DNA from: an uncultured Aliarcobacter sp.
GTDB taxonomy: Bacteria; Campylobacterota; Campylobacteria; Campylobacterales; Arcobacteraceae
Length of the DNA: 64,000 nucleotides
Reading direction: 5' to 3'
NCBI GenBank assembly: GCA_963677435.1
Contig: OY781945.1
Location: 1,120,001 to 1,184,000, forward strand
The position numbers and the translations under genes are program-made. The notes beneath the pieces were generated by a model. That model did no database searches. It was not told the DNA's origin and saw only the letters and a list, made by a program, of their open reading frames with translations. The first letter of the stretch is position 1. Every line of letters begins with the position of its first letter. This document shows positions 26,965 through 39,162 of this stretch, one piece after another.

Positions 26965-29541
26965 ATGGAAAAAATTTTTGAAAAACTAACAAATCAATTG
27001 ACAGAAACAATAGACTCAGGTGTAGCTTTGGCTTTACATAACAAAAACCAAGAGGTTGAAGTTATACACTTAATTTGGGCATTACTAACAAATACAAATT
27101 CTGTTCTGAATCAATTATTAAATAAAATGAATGTAAATAAAGCAGCAGTTGAACTTGAAGCAAAATCACATGCACAAAAACTTTCAAGTGTTTCAAGTGT
27201 AACTAAAGAGAATATAAAACTATCAAGAAATATACTTTCTTCATTACAAAAAGCAGAAGGTTTAATGACAAGTTTCGGAGATAAGTTTATTGCTGTTGAT
27301 ACTTGGCTTATTTCGAATTTCGATTCACAAATAATAAAAGATGTATTAGGAAAATATATCGATTTAAGAGAAGCAAAAAAAGAACTTGAAGCTATGAGAG
27401 CTGGAAAAACAATAGACAGTTCAAGTAGTGATGAAAATTTAGAAGCTTTAAATAAATATGGAATAGATTTAAATAAAAAAGCTATTGATGGTGAGCTTGA
27501 TCCAGTTATTGGAAGAGATGAACAAATCAATAGAATGATGCAAATTTTAATTAGAAAAACAAAAAACAACCCAATACTTTTAGGAGAGCCAGGAACTGGA
27601 AAAACTGCAATTGCTGAAGGTCTTGCCCAAAGAATTGTAAATAAAGAAGTTCCAACTTCTCTACTTAATAAAAGAGTTGTAACATTAGATATGAGTGCTA
27701 TGATTGCAGGTGCTAAATATAGAGGCGAGTTTGAAGATAGATTAAAATCAGTTATAGATGAAGTAAAAAAAGCTGGAAATATCATACTATTTATTGATGA
27801 AATTCACACAATCATAGGTGCAGGTGCAAGTGAAGGTTCTATGGATGCAGCAAATATTTTAAAACCATCTCTTGCAAGGGGTGAATTACATACTATTGGT
27901 GCAACAACACTAAAAGAGTATAGAAAATATTTTGAAAAAGATGCAGCAATGCAAAGAAGATTTCAACCAGTTAAAGTTGATGAGCCAACAGTTAATGAAG
28001 CTTTACAAATTTTAAGAGGAATAAAAGAGAAACTTGAAACTCATCATAATGTTACTATAAATGATAGTGCATTAGTTGCAGCTGCAAAATTATCAAATAG
28101 ATATATAACCGATAGATTCTTACCAGATAAAGCAATTGACTTAATAGATGAAGCAGCAGCTGAACTTAAAATGCAAATCGAATCAGAACCAAATGCCCTT
28201 TCATCAATTAAAAGAGAGATTCAAACTTTAAATGTAGAAAAAGAAGCTCTTAAAATGGAAGAGGGCAAAAAAAATGATGAGAGAATTGTAGAAATAGAAA
28301 AAGAGCTAGCAGATAAAAATGAAGAAAAACAAAATTTAGAAGCTAGATTTGCAAATGAAAAAGCAACTTTTAATACTACAAGTGAATTAAAAATAAAAAT
28401 TGATGAGCTAAAAAACAAAGCAAATATTGCAAAACGAGAATCTAACTTTGAAAAAGCAGCTCAAATAGAGTATGGAGAAATTCCAACTTTAGAAGCAAAA
28501 ATAAAAGAGAATGAAGAAAAATGGAAAAGAATGCAAAAAGAGGGAACTCTTTTACGAAACTCAGTTGATGAAGAAGCAATTGCCAGCATAGTTTCAAGAT
28601 GGACTGGAATTCCAGTTAATAAAATGATGGATAGTGAAAAACAAAAAATCTTAATGGTAGAAGAAGTTCTAAAAAAAGATGTAATAGGTCAAGATGAAGC
28701 ACTAAAAGCAATTAGCAGAGCTATAAAAAGAAATAAAGCAGGACTAAGTGAAGCAAATAGACCAATTGGATCTTTCTTATTTTTAGGACCAACAGGAGTT
28801 GGAAAAACTGAAAGTGCAAAAACTTTAGCAAAATTCTTATTTGATGATCTAAAATCACTTATTAGATTTGATATGAGTGAATATATGGAAAAACATGCAG
28901 TTTCAAGATTAGTAGGAGCAGCTCCAGGTTATATTGGATATGAAGAGGGTGGACAATTAACAGAAGCTGTTAGAAGAAAACCATATAGTGTAATTTTATT
29001 TGATGAGGTTGAAAAAGCTCATCCTGATGTATTTAATATTCTATTACAAGTTTTAGATGATGGAAGATTAACTGATAACAAAGGTGTTACAGTTGATTTT
29101 AAAAATACAATTATTATTTTAACTTCAAATATTGGAAGTGCAAGAATTATTGAAATTAATGATAAAGATGAAAGAAGAAAAGCTGTTTTAAATGAATTAA
29201 AAAATCATTTTAGACCTGAATTTTTAAATAGATTAGATGATATTGTTATTTTTGAACAATTAAATTTAGAAGCAATTACAAATATTGTAGATATTTTATT
29301 TAATAATATTAAGAAAAAAGTTGAAGAAAAAGATATACAAATTTCTTTAACAGCAAATGCAAAAGAGTATATTGCAAAAATTGGATTTGATCCAGTTTAT
29401 GGTGCAAGACCTCTAAAAAGAGCCATTTATGAGATAGTTGAAGACAAATTAGCTGATTTAATTTTAGAAGATAAAATAGGTGAGGGAAGTATAATTGAGT
29501 TTGATGTTGTGGATAATGAAGTGATTGTAAAGATTAACTAA
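26965..29541 (+). CDS. clpB: ATP-dependent chaperone ClpB
   Basis: Two AAA+ modules ([16 protein letters not shown]), KYRGEFE, long middle coiled coil, GARPL. Confidence 0.96.
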   Translation: MEKIFEKLTNQLTETIDSGVALALHNKNQEVEVIHLIWALLTNTNSVLNQLLNKMNVNKAAVELEAKSHAQKLSSVSSVTKENIKLSRNILSSLQKAEGLMTSFGDKFIAVDTWLISNFDSQIIKDVLGKYIDLREAKKELEAMRAGKTIDSSSSDENLEALNKYGIDLNKKAIDGELDPVIGRDEQINRMMQILIRKTKNNPILLGEPGTGKTAIAEGLAQRIVNKEVPTSLLNKRVVTLDMSAMIAGAKYRGEFEDRLKSVIDEVKKAGNIILFIDEIHTIIGAGASEGSMDAANILKPSLARGELHTIGATTLKEYRKYFEKDAAMQRRFQPVKVDEPTVNEALQILRGIKEKLETHHNVTINDSALVAAAKLSNRYITDRFLPDKAIDLIDEAAAELKMQIESEPNALSSIKREIQTLNVEKEALKMEEGKKNDERIVEIEKELADKNEEKQNLEARFANEKATFNTTSELKIKIDELKNKANIAKRESNFEKAAQIEYGEIPTLEAKIKENEEKWKRMQKEGTLLRNSVDEEAIASIVSRWTGIPVNKMMDSEKQKILMVEEVLKKDVIGQDEALKAISRAIKRNKAGLSEANRPIGSFLFLGPTGVGKTESAKTLAKFLFDDLKSLIRFDMSEYMEKHAVSRLVGAAPGYIGYEEGGQLTEAVRRKPYSVILFDEVEKAHPDVFNILLQVLDDGRLTDNKGVTVDFKNTIIILTSNIGSARIIEINDKDERRKAVLNELKNHFRPEFLNRLDDIVIFEQLNLEAITNIVDILFNNIKKKVEEKDIQISLTANAKEYIAKIGFDPVYGARPLKRAIYEIVEDKLADLILEDKIGEGSIIEFDVVDNEVIVKIN

Positions 29542-29606
29542 AGAATATTTAAGTAAATTTTAACTATAATCTCCAACTTATTTAGTGAATATAGAGGAAA
29601 TCTAAG

Positions 29607-29741
29607 ATGAAAAGAACGTATCAACCGCACAATACTCCAAGAAAAAGAACTCACGGGTTCAGAGTAAGAATGGCTACTAAAAATGGTAGAAGAGTAATTA
29701 ACGCAAGAAGAGCTAAAGGTAGACATAAATTAGCTGTTTAA
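29607..29741 (+). CDS. rpmH: 50S ribosomal protein L34
   Basis: Translated by hand: [44 protein letters not shown]. Confidence 0.97.
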   Translation: MKRTYQPHNTPRKRTHGFRVRMATKNGRRVINARRAKGRHKLAV

Positions 29742-30064
29742 ACAAAGAACATCGACTTAACAGTTCGAGAGACTTTAACAAACTATATAAAAGCGGCAAA
29801 AGATGGCATACTACCAGCTTTGTCGCTTTTTTTAGTTCTAGCACTACACTAAAGGCTGCTTTTGTTACTTCCAAAAAAGTTGGAAATGCAGTAAATAGAA
29901 ATAAAGCAAGAAGAAGAATGCGTGCTTTATTTGCTTCCTATGAACAACAATTAGTAATTGGTAATTATATATTTGTTGCAAAAATAACCCTACATGATAA
30001 AACTTTTTTAGAATTAAAAAAAGATTTTGACTTCGCATTGAAAAGATTAGAAGTTTTAAAATGA
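29729..30064 (+). CDS. rnpA: Ribonuclease P protein component (ATT start)
   Basis: Open frame [16 protein letters not shown]...[18 protein letters not shown] (RNR motif); lies between rpmH and yidD. Confidence 0.92.
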   Translation: MSCLNKEHRLNSSRDFNKLYKSGKRWHTTSFVAFFSSSTTLKAAFVTSKKVGNAVNRNKARRRMRALFASYEQQLVIGNYIFVAKITLHDKTFLELKKDFDFALKRLEVLK

Positions 30065-30408
30065 AAACAATTTTTAAATATTTGATACGATTTTATCAAA
30101 AATATTTAACAATTTTAGCCTTTGGATCATGTAGATATTACCCAACATGTTCACAATATGCATTATGGCAATTGGACAACAATACTTTTTTTAAGGCGAT
30201 TTATTTTACAATAACGCGAATATTAAAGTGTAATCAACTTTTTGCTGGCGGATTTGACTATCCAATCATAAAGTTAAAAGCAAATCAAAATATCAATTTT
30301 GGAAATATTAAAATAAAATATTGGTATATTCCATTGAAAAATGGTAAGTATTTAGTAGTAAAGAATCGGGAGTGGAAAAAAAAGAATGAACAACATGAAT
30401 CAAAATAA
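30061..30408 (+). CDS. yidD: Membrane protein insertion efficiency factor
   Basis: CRYYPTCSQYA, RILKC, GGFD; synteny. Confidence 0.92.
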   Translation: MKTIFKYLIRFYQKYLTILAFGSCRYYPTCSQYALWQLDNNTFFKAIYFTITRILKCNQLFAGGFDYPIIKLKANQNINFGNIKIKYWYIPLKNGKYLVVKNREWKKKNEQHESK

Positions 30409-32008
30409 CGGTATGCAAAAACGAATGTTACTTATGACATTGATAGTTTTTGTATTTTTTATAGCTTATGAGTTTTTGGTTTTAAAACCACAACAAGAAG
30501 CAAAAGCAGCCCTTGTAAAACAAGAGCAAACACAAAAACAAAATGTTGCACCAGATGTGAATTCAGTTGATACAAAAATGGTTTCAACAGATGTAAATGG
30601 TAATCCAGTTGATATGTCAAAATCTACTGATGCTTTATCATCAAAATCTATAGCAAATTCTCAAATTGTTTCTACAATTAAAACAGCTAAAAGTACAATA
30701 GAAATTGATACTTTAGGTAGAGTAGCTCAAGTTACATTAGTTGAAGAGAAATATAGAGATGAAAATGGTAATCAAATCAAATTATTTGATGCAAACCAAT
30801 TAAGACCACTTGAAGTTAGGTTTGCTGATGCAAATATAAATGCAGATGCTTTCAAAGTTTCAGTAGTTGCAAGTTCTGTAAATGTAGATGCAACAACATC
30901 AGCACAAGAACTTGTATTGACTCAGACTTTAAATGGAACTGTTCTAACAAAAAAATTAACTTTTTATCCTGATGGACATTATGATTTAAATGTTAGTACT
31001 ACAAATGATAAACAATTTTTTATTACAAATGGTTTTAGACCAAATGTTCTAGCTGATATGTATGCAGTTCATGGGTTCATTTCAAAATTGAATGATAATA
31101 CTTTAAAAACAGTAGAAGATGGTAAATTAGATAAAAATGAAAATATAGTTGGTGTAAAATTTTTATCAAGTTTTGATAGATACTATACAACTGTTATTTA
31201 TAATTTTGAGAAATCATTAAGTGTAACTTTAATGCCAGATACAAAATCTGATCCTCAAGGATTTATTCATGGGGGAAGTGATGTAACTTTTTCAGGTTTT
31301 ATAGGACCTAAAAATCATAGAGATTTAGCAGCATTAAATCCTGAATTAATTGACGTAATTGATTATGGTTGGTTTACATTTATTGCTAAACCTATGTTCT
31401 TATTATTACAGTTTATTCAAGGTTATGTTGGAAACTGGGGTTGGACAATTGTTATTTTAACAATTTTAATTAAATTAGTACTTTTCCCTTTATCATTCAA
31501 AGGAATGGTATCTATGCAAAAGTTAAAAGATTTAGCTCCTAAAATGAAAGAAATTCAAGCTAAATATAAAGATGACAAACAAAAACAATCTATGCATATG
31601 ATGGAACTTTATAAAAAACATGGTGCTAATCCAATGGGTGGATGTTTACCATTAATTTTACAAATTCCTGTATTCTTTGCTATCTATAGGGTTTTATTAA
31701 ATGCTATTGAATTAAAAGGTGCACCTTGGATGTTTTGGGTACATGACTTAGCTGAAATGGATCCATATTTTGTATTACCTATTTTAATGGGTGCAACAAT
31801 GTTTTTACAACAAAAAATTACGCCAAATACAATGCAAGATGAAATGCAAAAGAAAATATTCCAATTTTTACCAGTTGTTTTCACATTCTTCTTCTTGTGG
31901 TTCCCAGCAGGACTTACATTGTATTGGTTTATAAATAATTTATTTACTATCTGTCAACAATACTATATCAATAGTGTATTTGAAAGAAAAAGAGCTGAAA
32001 AAAATTAG
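30386..32008 (+). CDS. yidC: Membrane protein insertase YidC
   Basis: DYGWF, GNWGW, NPMGGCLP, PAGLTLYW. Confidence 0.96.
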   Translation: MNNMNQNNGMQKRMLLMTLIVFVFFIAYEFLVLKPQQEAKAALVKQEQTQKQNVAPDVNSVDTKMVSTDVNGNPVDMSKSTDALSSKSIANSQIVSTIKTAKSTIEIDTLGRVAQVTLVEEKYRDENGNQIKLFDANQLRPLEVRFADANINADAFKVSVVASSVNVDATTSAQELVLTQTLNGTVLTKKLTFYPDGHYDLNVSTTNDKQFFITNGFRPNVLADMYAVHGFISKLNDNTLKTVEDGKLDKNENIVGVKFLSSFDRYYTTVIYNFEKSLSVTLMPDTKSDPQGFIHGGSDVTFSGFIGPKNHRDLAALNPELIDVIDYGWFTFIAKPMFLLLQFIQGYVGNWGWTIVILTILIKLVLFPLSFKGMVSMQKLKDLAPKMKEIQAKYKDDKQKQSMHMMELYKKHGANPMGGCLPLILQIPVFFAIYRVLLNAIELKGAPWMFWVHDLAEMDPYFVLPILMGATMFLQQKITPNTMQDEMQKKIFQFLPVVFTFFFLWFPAGLTLYWFINNLFTICQQYYINSVFERKRAEKN

Positions 32009-32017
32009 GAACTTAAT

Positions 32018-32893
32018 ATGAAAAAGTTTGAAGCGAATTGTTTAGAAAAGGTCTATGAATTAGCCACTGCGGAGTTTAATTGTTCTATTACTGAGTTAGA
32101 AATAGAAGTTATCCAACAACCAAGTAAAGGTTTTCTTGGTTTTGGAAAAAAAAGTGCCATTATACAAGTTTGTTTTAAAGATAATTGTAAAGCATATACA
32201 CAAGAAACTAAAATATTTAAAAATAAAGATGTGAAAATACAAGAAGTTTCAGAACGAATTGAGTATTCACATCAAAAAGATGAGAGAGAATCTTTTTCAA
32301 GAGAGAAAAAAGAAGAAATCAATTCATCTGTTAGAAAAAGTGAGTCAAAAGATAAAATTTTTGATAAGTTTTATCATGAAGAGTCACCTGATAATGAAAT
32401 TTCTAAAATAATTATCAAAAAAGATAAAGAAAAAATTATTGAAGAAGTAAAAGAGGGAATTCATTTATTATTTGATACTACATGTTATTCTCTTGATGAA
32501 ATAAATGTAGAATTTTATGATGAAGAGACTTTATACATAGAGTTTTTAGGTGAAGATTCTGCTTTATTAATTGGAAAAGAGGGTTATAGATATAAAGCCT
32601 TATCATACATCTTATTTAATTGGATAAATGAAAAATATGGTTTAATGTTAAGACTTGAAGTTGCACAATTTTTGAAAAATCAAGAAGAAGCAATTTATGC
32701 ATATCTTGAACCAATAATAGAAATAATAAAAGAAAAAGGCACATTTAAAACTAAACCTTTAGATGGTATTTTAGTTCATATTGCTTTAAAAAAATTAAGA
32801 GAAGAATTCCCTGACAAATATGTTGCAGTTAAAACAAATGTTAGAGGTGATAAATATGTACTTGTTAATGAATATAGAGCAAGAGAAGTTTAA
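32018..32893 (+). CDS. jag: Jag/EloR (KhpB)-like RNA-binding protein
   Basis: Jag_N KGFLGFGKK, KH LLIGKEG; located between yidC and mnmE. Confidence 0.85.
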   Translation: MKKFEANCLEKVYELATAEFNCSITELEIEVIQQPSKGFLGFGKKSAIIQVCFKDNCKAYTQETKIFKNKDVKIQEVSERIEYSHQKDERESFSREKKEEINSSVRKSESKDKIFDKFYHEESPDNEISKIIIKKDKEKIIEEVKEGIHLLFDTTCYSLDEINVEFYDEETLYIEFLGEDSALLIGKEGYRYKALSYILFNWINEKYGLMLRLEVAQFLKNQEEAIYAYLEPIIEIIKEKGTFKTKPLDGILVHIALKKLREEFPDKYVAVKTNVRGDKYVLVNEYRAREV

Positions 32894-32895
32894 TC

Positions 32896-34236
32896 TTGTT
32901 TGATGATGCTACAATAGTTGCAATAGCAACGGCCAATGGAATTGGCTCTGTTTCAATAGTTAGGATTTCAGGAGTAAATGCTCTTGAAATTGCTACAAAA
33001 ATTTCAAAAAAAACAACTTTCCAACCAAGATTTGTAACTCTTTCTTCTTTGTACGATACAAATAATGAAGTAATTGATGAAGCTTTGGTTATATATTTTA
33101 AAGCACCTTTTTCTTTTACTGGTGAAGATGTAATTGAATTTCAATGCCACGGTGGAGTTGCCATTGCTAATATGATTATAAATGAAGCAATAAAACATGG
33201 TGCTAGAATTGCAAACCCTGGGGAGTTTTCTAAACGAGCTTTTTTTAATAATAAAATGGATTTAACTAAAGCAGAAGCAATTTCAAAAATAATAGAAGCA
33301 AGAAGTGAAGATGCTGTAAAATTATTGGCAAGACAATTAAAAGGTGAACTAACTAGTTTTGTAAATGAAATTAGAGAAGATTTACTTTTTATGTTAGCTT
33401 ACACAGAAGTTTCTATAGATTATGCAGAAGATGATTTACCAAGTGATATTTTTGTGCAAATCAAAAGTAAAATGGAAAAAATTCTTGTTAAACTTTCTAA
33501 TACCTTAGAAGCAAGTAGAAGAAGAGAAGGTATGCTTGATGGCTTTAAAGTTGCAATCATTGGAAAACCAAATGTAGGTAAATCTTCACTTTTAAACAAA
33601 CTTTTAAATTACGATAGAGCGATTATTTCTGATATTGCAGGAACAACAAGAGATACAATAGAAGAATCTGTAAAAATTGGTACGCATATTATAAAAATTG
33701 TTGATACAGCAGGTATAAGAAATGCAAGTGATGTTATAGAAAAAATTGGAATTGAAAAATCAATTCAAGCAATAAATGAAGCGGATATTGTAATTGCTTT
33801 ATTTGATAATGGCAAAGTTTGCGATGAAGAAGATAAAAAAATTATTGAATTAATAGAAGAAAATTCTAATAAAGAGATATTAACTGTTTTAAATAAATCA
33901 GATTTAGAAAATAAATTTGACAAAACAAAAATAGAGAATTTTATTGAATTATCGACAAAAGATGATATAAATCCTTTAATTAAAAAAATTGAGATGATTT
34001 TAGATTCAAATACTCATAGTGATGAAATGACACTGATTTCAAAAAGACAGATTATTTCTGTTGAAAATACACTTTATAGTATAAATTTATCAAAAAATCC
34101 TCTAGAAAGTGGTGAGTTGGAATTTTTTGCCCATTATATTACAGATGCTTTGGAGCAAATTTCATCAATTACAAGACCTTACGAAAATGATCAGATGTTA
34201 GATGTAATGTTTGGTGAGTTTTGTTTAGGTAAATAA
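32896..34236 (+). CDS. mnmE: tRNA modification GTPase MnmE
   Basis: SFTGED, GKPNVGKS, GTTRD, DTAG, NKSD, FCLGK. Confidence 0.97.
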   Translation: MFDDATIVAIATANGIGSVSIVRISGVNALEIATKISKKTTFQPRFVTLSSLYDTNNEVIDEALVIYFKAPFSFTGEDVIEFQCHGGVAIANMIINEAIKHGARIANPGEFSKRAFFNNKMDLTKAEAISKIIEARSEDAVKLLARQLKGELTSFVNEIREDLLFMLAYTEVSIDYAEDDLPSDIFVQIKSKMEKILVKLSNTLEASRRREGMLDGFKVAIIGKPNVGKSSLLNKLLNYDRAIISDIAGTTRDTIEESVKIGTHIIKIVDTAGIRNASDVIEKIGIEKSIQAINEADIVIALFDNGKVCDEEDKKIIELIEENSNKEILTVLNKSDLENKFDKTKIENFIELSTKDDINPLIKKIEMILDSNTHSDEMTLISKRQIISVENTLYSINLSKNPLESGELEFFAHYITDALEQISSITRPYENDQMLDVMFGEFCLGK

Positions 34237-34253
34237 GATTAATTAGGAAAGAA

Positions 34254-34679
34254 ATGAAAAAGTATTTTATTTTACTTTCATTGATAGTAAGTTTTGGTTT
34301 TACAAATTTATTGGCAGATCAATGGGATGTTTTTTTTAAAGCATCTGGATTCCCAAGAAAAGTTGTAGATAATGGTTCAATTGTGAAAGGAAAATTATAT
34401 GATGCAATGGTTACCTATCAAATTTCAAATAATGACGGTATAAAGGGAAACTTTGAAAATAATGATAGTGCAAAGGTTACCATTACTAACAAAAAAGGTA
34501 AAGTTCTTTCAACAAATAAATTTATGACTGCACCAGAATTAAGAACTTGGGCAAGACAAAATTTTACAGATATATTTTCTTCAATACTTGGAGATAATCC
34601 TCAAATAACTAAAGAGAATATTAAAGAGTTAACAAATTTGGCTTCTTTGGTTCTTTTAAACGGAAATTTAGATAAATAG
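34254..34679 (+). CDS. Hypothetical exported protein
   Basis: Signal peptide-like N-terminus; 141 aa. Confidence 0.65.
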   Translation: MKKYFILLSLIVSFGFTNLLADQWDVFFKASGFPRKVVDNGSIVKGKLYDAMVTYQISNNDGIKGNFENNDSAKVTITNKKGKVLSTNKFMTAPELRTWARQNFTDIFSSILGDNPQITKENIKELTNLASLVLLNGNLDK

Positions 34680-34698
34680 TAAAATTTTATAAATTTTG

Positions 34699-35181
34699 CT
34701 ATTTATCAGGTGTTTCATAAGAGATTAGTTTCGCATTCTCTTTTGAAATATCCATCCATGAATCACAATCAAAATTTATTTCCATAATTGCACCCATTTT
34801 AAACTCTTCTCTAAAATCTACTAATGTAATTGCTAATGCTGTTAAAGATGGATTATGTCCAACTAAAAGCATAGAATTAATAGTATCAAATGTGTAACTT
34901 ATAGTTTCAATTAATTCATTTACAAATGCTCTATATAAAATATCATTTGGCATTATAGATTTTTTATATTCTAAAGCTTCTGCAAATATTTCAGAAGTTT
35001 CTTTTGTTCTTTTAGCTGGACTTGATATGATTAAATCAATAGATGGATTTTTACTAGCAAAATTTTTTGCCATATTTTTTGCATCTTCAATTCCTTTAGA
35101 ACTTAATTGTATATCATAATCATCTAAAGCAACTTGTTCATCTTCTTTTTGTGCATGTCTTACAATGTAAAGTTTTTTCAT
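34699..35181 (-). CDS. SixA-like histidine phosphatase
   Basis: IVRHA, SSPAKRT, LVGHNP. Confidence 0.88.
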   Translation of the reverse strand: MKKLYIVRHAQKEDEQVALDDYDIQLSSKGIEDAKNMAKNFASKNPSIDLIISSPAKRTKETSEIFAEALEYKKSIMPNDILYRAFVNELIETISYTFDTINSMLLVGHNPSLTALAITLVDFREEFKMGAIMEINFDCDSWMDISKENAKLISYETPDK

Positions 35182-35266
35182 TTTCTCTCTTATTAAAAAT
35201 AATATTCTATTTTAAGTTATATTTGCTTTTTTTTATATAAAATTATAATAATTAAAAATAAAAGGT

Positions 35267-36193
35267 TTGATTTTGGGATATGATTTAAATAAAAAATTAG
35301 TAATTGCTATTTCTTCAAGGGCTTTATTTAATCTTGAAGATGAAAATAAAATCTTTGAAGAAAAAGGACTTGATGAATATTATAAATATCAAATAGAAAA
35401 TGAGGATTTATTACCAAAAAGAGGTACAGGTTTTAGACTTGTAAAAAATCTTTTAAGAATTAATGAAGATTTCCCTGATGATAAACAAGTTGAAGTTATA
35501 ATCATGTCAAGAAATAATTCTGCTACAAGTCTTAGAATTACAAAATCAATAGAAAAATATAAACTGGATATTCAGCGTTCTGCTTGGAGTGGTGGAAATG
35601 ATATTTCAAAATATTTAAAACCTTTTAAAGTAGATCTATTTTTATCTGCAAATGAACAAGATGTTCAAAATGCAATAAATGAAGGAATTGCTGCTGCTAG
35701 AATTTTACCCTATGATGAACTTGAAGATGAAAATTCAAATCAAGTTAAAATTGCTTTTGATGGTGATGCTGTTTTATTTTCAGAAGAATCAGAAATTATA
35801 TACAAAAAACATGGCTTGGAAGCTTTCTTAGTATATGAAAAACAAAATGCATCTAATGCAATGCAAAGTGGTCCATTTGCCCAATTATTAAAATTAATTT
35901 CAAATATCCAAGCAAAATATCCCCATGAACAAACACCAATTAGAACAGCTTTAATAACTGCAAGAAATTCCCCAGCTCATGAAAGAGTAATAAGAACATT
36001 ATCCCAATGGAATGTAAGACTTGATGAAGCTTTCTTTTTAGGTGGAGTTGATAAATATGAAGTAGTAAAAGCTTTTGGTGCAGATATATTTTTTGATGAT
36101 CAAGATGTACATCTTGAAAGTACTTCAAAGATAGCACCAAGTGCAAAAGTTCCCTATAAAAAAGGTTCTGAATTAAATAATATTAATAAATAG
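35267..36193 (+). CDS. 5'-nucleotidase (cN-I-like HAD family)
   Basis: ISSRALF, IAFDGDAVLFS, TARNSPAHER, IFFDDQ. Confidence 0.9.
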   Translation: MILGYDLNKKLVIAISSRALFNLEDENKIFEEKGLDEYYKYQIENEDLLPKRGTGFRLVKNLLRINEDFPDDKQVEVIIMSRNNSATSLRITKSIEKYKLDIQRSAWSGGNDISKYLKPFKVDLFLSANEQDVQNAINEGIAAARILPYDELEDENSNQVKIAFDGDAVLFSEESEIIYKKHGLEAFLVYEKQNASNAMQSGPFAQLLKLISNIQAKYPHEQTPIRTALITARNSPAHERVIRTLSQWNVRLDEAFFLGGVDKYEVVKAFGADIFFDDQDVHLESTSKIAPSAKVPYKKGSELNNINK

Positions 36194-36248
36194 TTAAATT
36201 TTTATTAACCAAAATTTGTTAGAATAAATAAAAATTTAGGAGAATAAA

Positions 36249-37103
36249 ATGGAACAAATTAAAACAGTTTTTTTACTTACTTTCCTTACAGTTTTATTTG
36301 TATTTATAGGTTATTCATTTGGTGGAACAAATGGAATGTTAATTGCATTTTTAGCAGCTGGAGGTATGAATTTTTATGCCTATTATTATTCAGACCAACA
36401 AGTTTTGAAACATTATGATGCGACGCTTCTTGAAGATCCAAAACATCCTGTGTATAAGATTACACAAAAATTAACTCAAAAAGCTGGCCTTCCTATGCCA
36501 AAAGTTTATTTGATTCCTGATCATACACCAAATGCTTTTGCAACTGGAAGAAACTATGAACACGCTGCAGTTGCAGTTACTATGGGTTTATATGAAATGC
36601 TAAATGAAAAAGAGTTAGAAGGTGTGATTGCCCATGAGTTATCACACATAAAACATTATGATATTTTAATTGGGACTATTGCTGCTGTATTTGCAGGAGC
36701 AATTGCAATGATTGCAAATATGATGCAATTTGGAGCTATGTTTGGTGGAAACAATAATAGACAAGGTTCTAATCCAATAGTGATGATTGTAATGGCAATA
36801 CTATTGCCTCTTGCTGCTTCAATTATTCAAATGACAGTTAGTAGAAGTAGAGAATATATGGCAGATGAAGGCTCTGCTAGAATGACTGGAAATCCAGCAG
36901 GGTTACAATCTGCTTTAGTTAAATTAGAGAACTATGCAAGAAGTGGACATCAAATACATAATGCAACTGAACAAACAGCACACATGTTTATTATTAATCC
37001 ATTTTCAGGATTAAAATCAACACTTGGTACATTGTTTAGAACGCACCCTACAACCGAAGATAGAATCGCAAGACTTGAAGAATTAAAAAAAGAGATTTAT
37101 TAA
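36249..37103 (+). CDS. htpX: Zinc metalloprotease HtpX
   Basis: [26 protein letters not shown]. Confidence 0.93.
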   Translation: MEQIKTVFLLTFLTVLFVFIGYSFGGTNGMLIAFLAAGGMNFYAYYYSDQQVLKHYDATLLEDPKHPVYKITQKLTQKAGLPMPKVYLIPDHTPNAFATGRNYEHAAVAVTMGLYEMLNEKELEGVIAHELSHIKHYDILIGTIAAVFAGAIAMIANMMQFGAMFGGNNNRQGSNPIVMIVMAILLPLAASIIQMTVSRSREYMADEGSARMTGNPAGLQSALVKLENYARSGHQIHNATEQTAHMFIINPFSGLKSTLGTLFRTHPTTEDRIARLEELKKEIY

Positions 37104-37203
37104 ACAGATTTATATTTAAAATTAGTTTTTCTATAGTATAATTCTCTACTTTATATCATATTAAACATTTTTTATTAAATGTAATTTAAAAATAGGTTGT
37201 GTA

Positions 37204-38007
37204 ATGAGATTTTTGTTTATTCTTTTATGTTTTGTGTTTATTCCTACTCTAGGATTTTCTAATAGTTCAGATGTTTTCCATAAGATAGAAAAAGATTTGG
37301 ATTCTATAATTATAAAAGATTTAAATAATAAGAAATTAATATTTAGTAAGGATGAAAATCAAAGATTAAGTCCTGCTAGTTTAACTAAGATAATGACAGC
37401 AATGCTTGCAATTGAGAGTGGAAAGATGAATAGTGTAGTTACTATTACAGCTGAAATGAAAAAAGTTGAACCTACAATTGCAAATCTTCAAGTTGGAGAA
37501 AAGTTTTATTTGAAAGATTTAGTCCATGCCGCATTAATAAAATCTGCGAATGATGCTGCAAATTCTATTGCAATTTATCTTGGTAATGGAAAAAAAGAGT
37601 TATTTGTTAATATGATGAATATAAAAGCAAGAAAACTTGGTATGAAAAATACAAACTTTACTAATCCTTGTGGTTTTGATATAGGAAACCATAAAACTAC
37701 TGCAAAAGATTTAATGACACTTACTGAATATGCTATAAAAAACCCAACATTTAATTCTATTGTTAAAATGGATAGATACTCTTTTACTGCAATTAATACT
37801 AATAAAAAATATTTCGTTAGTTCAAGTAACAAATTACTAAGAGATGATCCTTATGTGGTTGGTGTTAAAACAGGATATACAAATAAAGCTGGAGCTTGTT
37901 TAATAGCAAGAGCAAAAAAAGGTAAACAAGATATTTTAATGGTTATGTTAAATGCACATAACAGATGGCCAAATGCTAAAAAAGCACTAGATTCAATTAT
38001 AAATTAA
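37204..38007 (+). CDS. D-alanyl-D-alanine carboxypeptidase/endopeptidase (peptidase S11)
   Basis: SxxK (SLTK), SxN (SAN), KTG; signal peptide. Confidence 0.9.
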   Translation: MRFLFILLCFVFIPTLGFSNSSDVFHKIEKDLDSIIIKDLNNKKLIFSKDENQRLSPASLTKIMTAMLAIESGKMNSVVTITAEMKKVEPTIANLQVGEKFYLKDLVHAALIKSANDAANSIAIYLGNGKKELFVNMMNIKARKLGMKNTNFTNPCGFDIGNHKTTAKDLMTLTEYAIKNPTFNSIVKMDRYSFTAINTNKKYFVSSSNKLLRDDPYVVGVKTGYTNKAGACLIARAKKGKQDILMVMLNAHNRWPNAKKALDSIIN

Positions 38008-38016
38008 TTTACATAA

Positions 38017-38048
38017 AAAAAGCAACCCTTGACCAAAGAGTTGCTTTT
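38017..38048. terminator. Bidirectional intrinsic terminator
   Basis: AAAAGCAACCCTT-GACCA-AAGAGTTGCTTTT between convergent genes. Confidence 0.75.
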
Positions 38049-38085
38049 AGATTGAAAGTATATATAAAAAACTTTAAAATAATCT

Positions 38086-39162
38086 TTATTTAGAATAAAC
38101 CTTCTTAACATTTTCCATTTTAGATGACATGTTTAATAAAACCATATCAGCTAAAACTAAAGCCATCATTGATTCAGCTACAACACTTCCTCGAACTGCT
38201 ACACAAGGGTCATGTCGTCCTTTTAATTGGCAATTTACTTCATCATTATGAATATCAACTGTTTCTTGTTGAATAAAAATAGATGGTGTTGCTTTAAAAT
38301 GAACTTTTACATTTATATCATCTCCATTTGAAATACCTCCAAGTATTCCCCCACTATGATTTGTTTTGAAACCATCTTTTCTTATTTGGTCATTATTATC
38401 ATAACCTTTTACTTGAGCTGATAACATTCCATCACCAATTTCTACAGCTTTAACAGCATTTATTCCCATCATTGCATTTGCAATTTGTGAATCAAGTTTA
38501 AAGTATAATGGTTCGCCAAGTCCAACTGGAACATTTTTAACATTTACAATGGCAACTCCACCAACACTATTGTGAGAGTTTTTTGCTTCTAATATGGCAT
38601 CTTTTTGAGCCTGTTCGACTGTAGAATCAAGTGCAAAAATTTCAGATTCACTAATTTTTGAAAAATCGTAATTAACAGCTTTTATTCCATTTATTTCACA
38701 AATACCACTTTGAACTTTTATTCCTAATTCATTTAGCATAAGTTTTGCAATAGCACCAGCTGCAACTCTTGCTGCTGTTTCTCTTGCGCTACTTCTTCCT
38801 CCACCTCTATAGTCTCTAATTCCATATTTATTAAAATAAGTAAAATCAGCATGACCAGGACGGAATAAATCTTTTACATTTGAATAATCGCTACTTTTTT
38901 GATTTTCATTAAAAATAATCATAGAAATTGATGTTCCTGTAGTAATTCCTTCAAAAACTCCTGAAAGTATTTCTACTACATCTCCTTCTTTTCTAGCTGT
39001 TGCATATTTATTTTGACCAGGCTTTCTTCTATTCATCTCATTTTGAATAAATTCTTCATCAATCTTTATACCAGCAGGAACTCCATCAACTATACATCCA
39101 AGAGCTTTCCCATGTGATTCTCCAAAAGTTGTGAACCTAAATCTATGTCCAAAAGTATTCAT
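38086..39162 (-). CDS. aroC: Chorismate synthase
   Basis: [27 protein letters not shown]. Confidence 0.97.
   Translation of the reverse strand: MNTFGHRFRFTTFGESHGKALGCIVDGVPAGIKIDEEFIQNEMNRRKPGQNKYATARKEGDVVEILSGVFEGITTGTSISMIIFNENQKSSDYSNVKDLFRPGHADFTYFNKYGIRDYRGGGRSSARETAARVAAGAIAKLMLNELGIKVQSGICEINGIKAVNYDFSKISESEIFALDSTVEQAQKDAILEAKNSHNSVGGVAIVNVKNVPVGLGEPLYFKLDSQIANAMMGINAVKAVEIGDGMLSAQVKGYDNNDQIRKDGFKTNHSGGILGGISNGDDINVKVHFKATPSIFIQQETVDIHNDEVNCQLKGRHDPCVAVRGSVVAESMMALVLADMVLLNMSSKMENVKKVYSK

Noticed and set aside
27111..27785. 224-aa antisense ORF within clpB, and similar shadows in msrB, yidC, atp and other genes
   Set aside because: Antisense or alternate-frame by-products of conserved genes, with no independent motifs
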